Part shown: positions 57,906 to 64,000 of the stretch, in pieces
Position numbering within the stretch: the stretch's first letter is position 1
How the letters are laid out: each line of letters starts with the position of its first letter
Source of the DNA: an uncultured Pseudomonadota bacterium
Lineage (GTDB): Bacteria; Vulcanimicrobiota; Vulcanimicrobiia; Eremiobacterales; Eremiobacteraceae
Assembly (NCBI GenBank): GCA_963736005.1
Contig: CAVTNB010000001.1
Span: 704,001-768,000, forward strand
Reading direction: 5' to 3'
DNA length: 64,000 nucleotides
The notes under the pieces: model-generated
What the model was told of the DNA's origin: nothing
Database searches by the model: none
Seen by the model: only the letters and a program-made list of their open reading frames with translations
Position numbers and translations under genes: made by a program

Positions 57906-60566
57906 ATGCGAGTTGCCATCTGCGCCGGCGCCGTTTTGGCGGCGGTTCTCCTCCACTCTGCCGCTCCTGCGCGATCACAGAGTTCGGACGTTGCACGTGC
58001 CACGCTCCCAAACGGCATGCGGGTTGTCGTCGTTCGCGACGCGCTCGCGCCCGTCGTGACCGTAGAATTGAATTACTTGGTCGGCTCTGCCGAAACGCCG
58101 ACGGGGTTCCCTGGCTTGGCGCACGCGCAGGAGCACATGATGTTTCGCGGCAGCACCGGTTTGTCCACCGGGCAGCTGGCAAACATTAACGCATCAATGG
58201 GCGGCGACATTGATGCCGACACGCAAGATACGGTCACGCAGTTCTTTGCCACCGTTCCCGCCGACGACTTGGACATCGTCTTGCATGTCGAGTCCATCCG
58301 TATGCGCGGCGTTCTTGACACGTCGCAAGAGTGGGCACAAGAGCGTGGCGCCATTGAACAAGAAGTGTCGCGCGATCTGTCCGCCCCATTTTATAAGTTC
58401 TTAACCGCCGCGCGGGCAAGCATGTATTCGGGGACACCGTACGAGCACGACGCGCTCGGCACACGCCCGTCGTTTGAATTGACGACGGCGGCGATGATTA
58501 AGTCTTTTTATGATGCTTGGTACCATCCCAACAACGCCATTTTGGTCATCACGGGAGACGTCGATCCTCAAGCGGCTATCACTGACGTGCAAAAATATTT
58601 CACCAGCATCCCTAGCGCTCGGCTTCCCGCTCGCAAGCCCGTCAAACTCGGGCCCCTAAAGGCAGCACGTATCGAGCTCACCTCCGACCTGCCAGTGCCC
58701 CTCGTTGTCGCGGCCTACCGGTTTCCTGGCTATCAAAGTCCCGACTATGCGGCCGGGGAAGTGTTGAGCTCCGCCCTTGCAAGCCAGCGGGGTGCTCTTG
58801 CCGACCTCGTCGTCTCTGGAAAAGCGCTCGCAGCCGGCTTTTTCCCGGGCAGCACGTTGCCGCAGTCTGCGACGGCCATGGTCTACGGCGCGTCGCAAGG
58901 CGGCGATACGCAAGCGCTGCTAAAGCTCGTCCAAGGTGTGCTGGATAGTTATGTTAAGAACGGTGTGCCGGAAGATCTTGTGGATGCATCGCGCCGCCAG
59001 CTCGTCGCGCAAGCGGAATTCAATAAGAATTCGATATCGGGCTTGGCCGATGCGTGGTCCGAGGCAGTCGCCGTCGAGGGCGTCTCCTCACCGGACGAGG
59101 ATGTAGCGCAATTGGGCAAGGTAACCACAGCTGACGTCAATCGTGTTGCACGAACGTATCTCAAGAACAATACGGCGGTGGTCGGCATTCTTACGCCCCG
59201 GCCGTCGGGCGGACCCATTGCAAGCCACGGGTACGGGGGCGCGGAGTCATTCGCTCCGACCCAAAATGCCGCCGCGGTTATGCCCGACTGGGCCAGCAGC
59301 ACCCTAAGCTCGCTCAACGTACCGCAGTCGAGCATCAATCCAAACGCAATCACCCTGCCGAACGGCATCCACCTTATCGTACAACAAGAGAGCATTACGC
59401 CGACGGTGAGTGTGGTCGGTCGGGTGAAATCAGACCCCGATCTTGAAACGACACAAGGCAAAGAGGGCGTTTCCGGCGTGCTCGATGCCCTGTTCTCGTA
59501 CGGAACGACCGACCTTGATCGGGTTGCCTTCCAGCAAGCGCTTGATCGTATTGCGGCCTCGGAAAGCGCCGGTGCTGACTTTTCGCTGTCAGTCCTTTCG
59601 TCCGATTTTGATCGTGGTGTCCAGCTTCTTGCAGACAACGAATTGCATCCAGCGCTGCCGCCGCAGAACTTTACGATCGTCCGGTCCCAAATCGCGTATG
59701 AATTGCGCGGCGAGTTGCAGACTCCGGACTACCTGACCGACCGGGCGCTGAACAACGCGCTGTATCCAAAGGATGACCCGACGCAGCGGGAGGCAACACC
59801 CGACACCGTTTCGGCGCTCTCGGTCGATGACGTCCGCAACTACTATGCGAAGGTTTTTCGGCCCGACCTGACCACCATCGTTGTCATTGGCGACGTGACG
59901 CCAGCACAGGCGCAAGCCTCGATTGGAAAATGGTTCGGCGGATGGACGGCTTCGGGCACGCCGCCCGTGACCGATCTTCCAGCCGTGCCCAACAACACAC
60001 CGGCAACCGTCACCGTTCCCAATGCGTCGCGCGTTCAGGATAATGTGACGCTTGCGGAAACCGTGGGCATCAGTCGCTCCGACGCAGATTACTACGCTCT
60101 CGTCGTCGGCGATCACGTGCTTGGCGGCGGATTCTACGCCACGCGGCTCTACCGCGACGTGCGCCAGCAAGCCGGGCTCGCCTACGAGGTGAGCAACGAG
60201 CTCAACGTCGGAAAACTGCGGTCGCTGTATTCGGTCTCGTACGGTTGCGATCCGCAAAACGTCGGGAAGGCTCGATCCATCATTGTTCGCGATCTCCACG
60301 ACATGCAAGTGAGCCAGGTAACGCCGAGCGAGTTGCAACTAGCCAAAGCGCTGCTCCTTCACGAGATTCCGCTGCGCGAGTCAAGTGAGGATGCCATTGC
60401 AGGTGGATTGTTGAGCCGCTCGGTCGCCGGCCTGCCACTCAACGACCTCGAGCTATCGGCTCAGCGCTACGTGGCAGTCACGGCGGCTCAGATCCAAGCT
60501 GCCTTCGCGAAGTGGATCCGCCCGGATGGGTTCGCGCAGATAACACAAGGCCCGCCGCCAACGTAG
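57906..60566 (+). CDS. Secreted M16 family zinc peptidase (two fused halves)
   Basis: Signal peptide, LPNG twice, HAQEH (HxxEH), YHPNNA, RLYRDVR. Confidence 0.92.
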   Translation: MRVAICAGAVLAAVLLHSAAPARSQSSDVARATLPNGMRVVVVRDALAPVVTVELNYLVGSAETPTGFPGLAHAQEHMMFRGSTGLSTGQLANINASMGGDIDADTQDTVTQFFATVPADDLDIVLHVESIRMRGVLDTSQEWAQERGAIEQEVSRDLSAPFYKFLTAARASMYSGTPYEHDALGTRPSFELTTAAMIKSFYDAWYHPNNAILVITGDVDPQAAITDVQKYFTSIPSARLPARKPVKLGPLKAARIELTSDLPVPLVVAAYRFPGYQSPDYAAGEVLSSALASQRGALADLVVSGKALAAGFFPGSTLPQSATAMVYGASQGGDTQALLKLVQGVLDSYVKNGVPEDLVDASRRQLVAQAEFNKNSISGLADAWSEAVAVEGVSSPDEDVAQLGKVTTADVNRVARTYLKNNTAVVGILTPRPSGGPIASHGYGGAESFAPTQNAAAVMPDWASSTLSSLNVPQSSINPNAITLPNGIHLIVQQESITPTVSVVGRVKSDPDLETTQGKEGVSGVLDALFSYGTTDLDRVAFQQALDRIAASESAGADFSLSVLSSDFDRGVQLLADNELHPALPPQNFTIVRSQIAYELRGELQTPDYLTDRALNNALYPKDDPTQREATPDTVSALSVDDVRNYYAKVFRPDLTTIVVIGDVTPAQAQASIGKWFGGWTASGTPPVTDLPAVPNNTPATVTVPNASRVQDNVTLAETVGISRSDADYYALVVGDHVLGGGFYATRLYRDVRQQAGLAYEVSNELNVGKLRSLYSVSYGCDPQNVGKARSIIVRDLHDMQVSQVTPSELQLAKALLLHEIPLRESSEDAIAGGLLSRSVAGLPLNDLELSAQRYVAVTAAQIQAAFAKWIRPDGFAQITQGPPPT

Positions 60567-60645
60567 TCGCGCGTGTATTGAGATGTAGTCGCGCGAATTT
60601 ATTCGCGCGTATATGCAGATGTAGTCGCGCGAATTTATTCGCGCG
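60563..60645 (+). repeat. Family-B REP array (one partial and two full copies)
   Basis: GTAGTCGCGCG at 60563, then GTAGTCGCGCGAATTTATTCGCGCG at 60585 and 60621; between convergent genes. Confidence 0.95.
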
Positions 60646-61834
60646 GGCGCTCGATTGCCAGCGCGGTACCCCCGCCCGTTCCGTGACAGAGTGCGGCGAT
60701 GCCGCGAGTGCCGTTGCGTTCCACGAGTGCGTTGAGCAATGTGACGACGAGCCGTGCGCCGGTCGCGCCGAGCGGATGCCCAAGTGCTATCGCGCCGCCA
60801 TGCACGTTGAGCTGGTCGCGCGAAACGTCCAGTTGGCGCTCGAAGAGCAGCGTGCTTAACGCGAACGCCTCATTGTTTTCAAAAAGATCGAAGTCGCTCA
60901 GCTGCATGCCAAGCTTCGTGAGCAGTTTGCGGACCGCGGGAATGGGTGCCTCTGCGAAGCGCCAGGTGGGTCCCGCAGACCAGCTCCCACCCAGGATTTT
61001 CCCGATGGGTTTGAGCTGGTGACGCTCGACCGCGCCTTGACTTGCGAGCAGAACTGCCGCCGCCCCATCGGAGATTTGGCTCGAGTTGCCTGCCGAGAGT
61101 AGCCCTGCACCGCCTGCGAACGACGGACGCAGTTTACTCAAGATCTCAAGGGTGGTTTCAGGCCTAATCCCTTCATCCCGGTCGACCATCTCAACGCCCT
61201 TTTTCGTTTTGACTTCGACTGGAACGATTTCTCGCGCAAAGACGCCGGATTGTGTTGCACGTGCGGCGCGCTGATGCGAGGTCGCCGCGACGGTGTCGAG
61301 TTCGGCGCGGCTGACGCCGTACTCGCGGGCTAAGCGCTCTGTTTCTTCACCCATGCCTTCACCTGTGATTGGGTCAGTGAGCCCGTCGTAGGTGAGAACG
61401 TCAATCAATTGTTCCGGAGCGCCGGCGAGCGACTTGTATCCCCAGCGTGCGCGCGGCGAGAGCATGAAGCCAGTTTGCGTCATGGATTCAAAGCCACCGG
61501 CCAGCACGAGGTCTGCATCGCCGGTCGCGATGGCGTGCGAGGCGCTCATGAGACTCATCATCGCCGACGAACACACCATGTCGATGGCGTAACCATCCAC
61601 CGTGTCGGGGATGCCCGCAGCAAGCGCGGCTTGGCGCGGCAAGAGCTGTCCCCATCCTGCCCGCAGCACGTTCCCAAAAACGTACAAGTCCAAGTCTTTG
61701 CCGGGGATATGAGCTCGCGCCAACGCCGCGCGCATAGCGTGAGATCCAAGCACGATGGGAGAGAGGTCGCGCAAAACGCCGCCGAACTTGCCGATTGGCG
61801 TGCGCGCGCCGGAAACGATAAAAACGTCGTGCAT
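60635..61834 (-). CDS. Acetyl-CoA C-acyltransferase (thiolase)
   Basis: RTPIGKFGG, VCSS, GNSSQISDGAAA, NEAFA, GGAIALGHPLGATG, LCHG. Confidence 0.96.
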   Translation of the reverse strand: MHDVFIVSGARTPIGKFGGVLRDLSPIVLGSHAMRAALARAHIPGKDLDLYVFGNVLRAGWGQLLPRQAALAAGIPDTVDGYAIDMVCSSAMMSLMSASHAIATGDADLVLAGGFESMTQTGFMLSPRARWGYKSLAGAPEQLIDVLTYDGLTDPITGEGMGEETERLAREYGVSRAELDTVAATSHQRAARATQSGVFAREIVPVEVKTKKGVEMVDRDEGIRPETTLEILSKLRPSFAGGAGLLSAGNSSQISDGAAAVLLASQGAVERHQLKPIGKILGGSWSAGPTWRFAEAPIPAVRKLLTKLGMQLSDFDLFENNEAFALSTLLFERQLDVSRDQLNVHGGAIALGHPLGATGARLVVTLLNALVERNGTRGIAALCHGTGGGTALAIERPRE

Positions 61835-61847
61835 GCGGTCGAGCTGC

Positions 61848-62216
61848 TTAATGAACCACGACCGAATTGGCGATCCACTCGCCGCCGCGGATGACGCCCG
61901 AGGCGGTGATTTTGCTGCCGTGCCGGATATCCGAAATGCTGCCTGCCTCACCTCGGAGTTCGATCGCCGTCGTCGGCGTAATCTCAATTTCGAGATGCCG
62001 TCCGCCCGCATTGAGGATCACGCTGTTGCTGACGTAACTTACCGACTCCACCACGCCCGACACGTTGAAGCGCTTATTCGCGTCAGCAAGAAGCCATATG
62101 CTTTGCGCCGTGGCTTGCGGTGATGCCGAAATCGGCTGTATCGCGCTAGCGCACATCACGCTCGCCGCAACAGCGATCGCCCATATCCAGTTGCACGCTC
62201 TCCATGGATGCTTCAT
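61848..62216 (-). CDS. Hypothetical secreted small beta protein (DUF5666-like)
   Basis: Signal-peptide-like N-terminus; G.V..V, I.I...T.I and DI..G.KI.A.G pattern. Confidence 0.55.
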   Translation of the reverse strand: MKHPWRACNWIWAIAVAASVMCASAIQPISASPQATAQSIWLLADANKRFNVSGVVESVSYVSNSVILNAGGRHLEIEITPTTAIELRGEAGSISDIRHGSKITASGVIRGGEWIANSVVVH

Positions 62217-62277
62217 ACCGGTTCGATAACGCTTTTACTCCCCGTTTTGTTTCGCCTGCACGGCGCGCAGACACACT

Positions 62278-63162
62278 GTGATGCGAGGCGCATTGCCTCG
62301 CAAGCTCGAAGGCGGCTGCGTGAGCGTGACACTTTTGCCCGAGCGGAATCTCGGCGCGACAAACGTCAAGGCAACGGTCTTGGGGCTCGGCGGCGAGGGT
62401 GTCTTGCGAACGTTTGGGTATGAGTCGCAGGCGCGCGAGGTTATCGAAGCCGCGTTGGAAGAAAAGATCACCTATTTTGACTCCGCGCGCGCATATGCTG
62501 GGAGCGAGCAATACTACGGCGCAACCTTGGGACGAAGGCGAGACCAAATCTTCCTCACCTCAAAGGCCCACGATCGCACGCGGCGCGGCGCATTGGCGAT
62601 GCTCGACCAGACGCTCGCCAACATGCGCGTAACGCACCTGGACCTGTGGCAATTGCACGACCTGCGCACGTGGGAAGAGCTCGATGCGATTACAGCTCCG
62701 GGCGGGGCCTACGAGGCATTCGTGGAGGCCAAGCAATCCGGCAAGACGCGCTTTATCGGTGTCACGGGCCACTACGACCAAGATGTTTTGCTGGCGGCAA
62801 TCGAGCGCCTCAAATTTGACACCCTCTTGATCCCCGTGAATCCATGCGAAGCGCAAGCGACTGCCTTTGCGACAAGAGTTGGAAGGCGAGCCATAGGGTT
62901 GGGCATGGGGGTCATCGGCATGAAGGTTCTCTCTCGCGGACTGCTCACGAGCTTGCCAGATGCGCCCGGCCTGCAAGAACTTATTGATTACGCGCTCAGC
63001 CAACCCGTGCATGTGATCATCATTGGATGCGATTCGGTGCAGCAGGTTCGGGAGAACGCCACAGCCGCACGAAGATTCACCCCAATGGCGCCCGCGGCGC
63101 AGCAGGAGCTCGAGCAACGGCTGAGCCCTTATTCCACAGAGATGCTTTATTATAGAAAATAA
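62278..63162 (+). CDS. Aldo/keto reductase
   Basis: LPERNLG, YFDSARAY, IFLTSK, DLWQLH, RFIGVTGH, GMKV; the start may be GTG 62320. Confidence 0.92.
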   Translation: MMRGALPRKLEGGCVSVTLLPERNLGATNVKATVLGLGGEGVLRTFGYESQAREVIEAALEEKITYFDSARAYAGSEQYYGATLGRRRDQIFLTSKAHDRTRRGALAMLDQTLANMRVTHLDLWQLHDLRTWEELDAITAPGGAYEAFVEAKQSGKTRFIGVTGHYDQDVLLAAIERLKFDTLLIPVNPCEAQATAFATRVGRRAIGLGMGVIGMKVLSRGLLTSLPDAPGLQELIDYALSQPVHVIIIGCDSVQQVRENATAARRFTPMAPAAQQELEQRLSPYSTEMLYYRK

Positions 63163-63184
63163 CCGCGCCGCGCGGGGTCTCCTT

Positions 63185-63209
63185 GGGCGATTCGACAATC
63201 GCCCGTTAC
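63185..63209 (-). repeat. Family-A REP variant
   Basis: Minus strand GTAA-C-GGGCGATTGTCGAATCGCCC; GTAA holds the mqnD stop. Confidence 0.85.
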
Positions 63210-64000
63210 ATGACGAAATCGATGGTGGGAAGAGCAGGGATCAGCGCCGCGTCTTCCGCTCGCTGCAAGAAGTGTTCAATGCTCGCGCGACCATCCGGAC
63301 CAAGATCCACCGTGCGCTCATTGACGTACATGCCAACGAACGTGTCGGCGGTTTCCTTTTTCATCCCGCGAGAATATTGCAGTGCCCAATCCAATGCTTC
63401 CGCTCGATGTGCTAATCCGTACTCAATGCTCTCGCGCAAGTGACGCGATGCCAGCGTCTTGACGACCTCGGGCAGCGATCGTCGGATCGCATTCACGCCC
63501 AGCGGCAGCGGCAACCCAGTTTCCTCGTACCACCACGCCCCAAGATTCACAATCGAGCTCAACCCGTGCGCTTCGTGCGTCAGCTGACCCTCGTGGATCA
63601 AAAGGCCGTACTCTATCTTGCCGCCTGCAACGGCTTCCATGATCGTGTCGAACGGCATGACGACCGGCGTGAAGTCTCCAATACAGAGACGCAGACCAAG
63701 ATACGCGCTCGTCATGAGGCCGGGAACCGCGATTGGAACTCCGCGCAGCTCGTGGGGGTTCACCTTTCGTCGCGCGACGACCATTGGCCCGTAATCGCGA
63801 TCTCCCATTGAGGCGCCGTGATTGAGAATCGCGTACTTGTCGGCAACGTACGCGTAGGCGTGTACGGAGATCGCCGTCGCGTCCAAGCGCCCCTCCGTTG
63901 CCCACTCGTTCAGTGTTTGAATGTCTTTGAGAACATGTTCGTACGACAAATCATCCGTGGAAATTTTGCCGCTCGCGAGGGCATAAAACATGAACGCGTC
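63206..64000 (-). CDS. mqnD: 1,4-dihydroxy-6-naphthoate synthase, futalosine menaquinone pathway (5' end outside the window)
   Basis: DAFMFYAL, DIQTLN, GASMG..YGP, GLLIHEGQ, LPLPLG, MYVN. Confidence 0.92.
   Translation of the reverse strand, partial: DAFMFYALASGKISTDDLSYEHVLKDIQTLNEWATEGRLDATAISVHAYAYVADKYAILNHGASMGDRDYGPMVVARRKVNPHELRGVPIAVPGLMTSAYLGLRLCIGDFTPVVMPFDTIMEAVAGGKIEYGLLIHEGQLTHEAHGLSSIVNLGAWWYEETGLPLPLGVNAIRRSLPEVVKTLASRHLRESIEYGLAHRAEALDWALQYSRGMKKETADTFVGMYVNERTVDLGPDGRASIEHFLQRAEDAALIPALPTIDFVM

Noticed and set aside
56846..58189. Long alternative-frame ORFs (for example 56846-58189 +, 17024-18334 -, 386-1480 -)
   Set aside because: Shadow ORFs of well-supported genes in GC-rich DNA; Arg-rich with no recognisable motifs
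60563..60645. CRISPR-like repeat with 36-bp period
   Set aside because: Two and a half copies of a dispersed REP with 11-nt linkers; not a repeat-spacer architecture

Overview
A gene-dense bacterial core-genome window of roughly 60% GC, with no transposase, integrase, phage gene, rRNA, tRNA or CRISPR array that I can support. Gene content and protein style suggest Candidatus Eremiobacterota (WPS-2); this is inference, not a search result. From left to right it holds: a partial double GT-C glycosyltransferase; a hopanoid operon (polyprenyl synthase, fni fused to a YjbQ domain, hpnC/D/E, shc, hpnH/A/G) downstream of cmk-plsC-ispH; histidine utilisation genes split around a leucine-degradation (liu/mcc) operon; PPi-dependent PFK, three tandem DUF4760-like paralogs and clpC; a FolK-GTP cyclohydrolase (FolE2/MptA-type) fusion; propionyl-CoA carboxylase, methylmalonyl-CoA mutase and epimerase; c-di-GMP proteins; a TetR-regulated ABC exporter; a peptidoglycan-recycling operon; M16 peptidase, thiolase, aldo/keto reductase and mqnD. 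hutU and clpC carry many frameshifts, probably assembly errors. The most interesting unexplained signals are (1) a ~180-nt structured RNA candidate with its own near-consensus sigma70 promoter between clpC and folK; (2) three families of GTAG-type REP palindromes that form mini-arrays, supply stop codons and appear in frame inside protein-coding genes; (3) two unusual enzyme fusions; and (4) a possible SD-sequestering RNA switch in the hopanoid operon leader.
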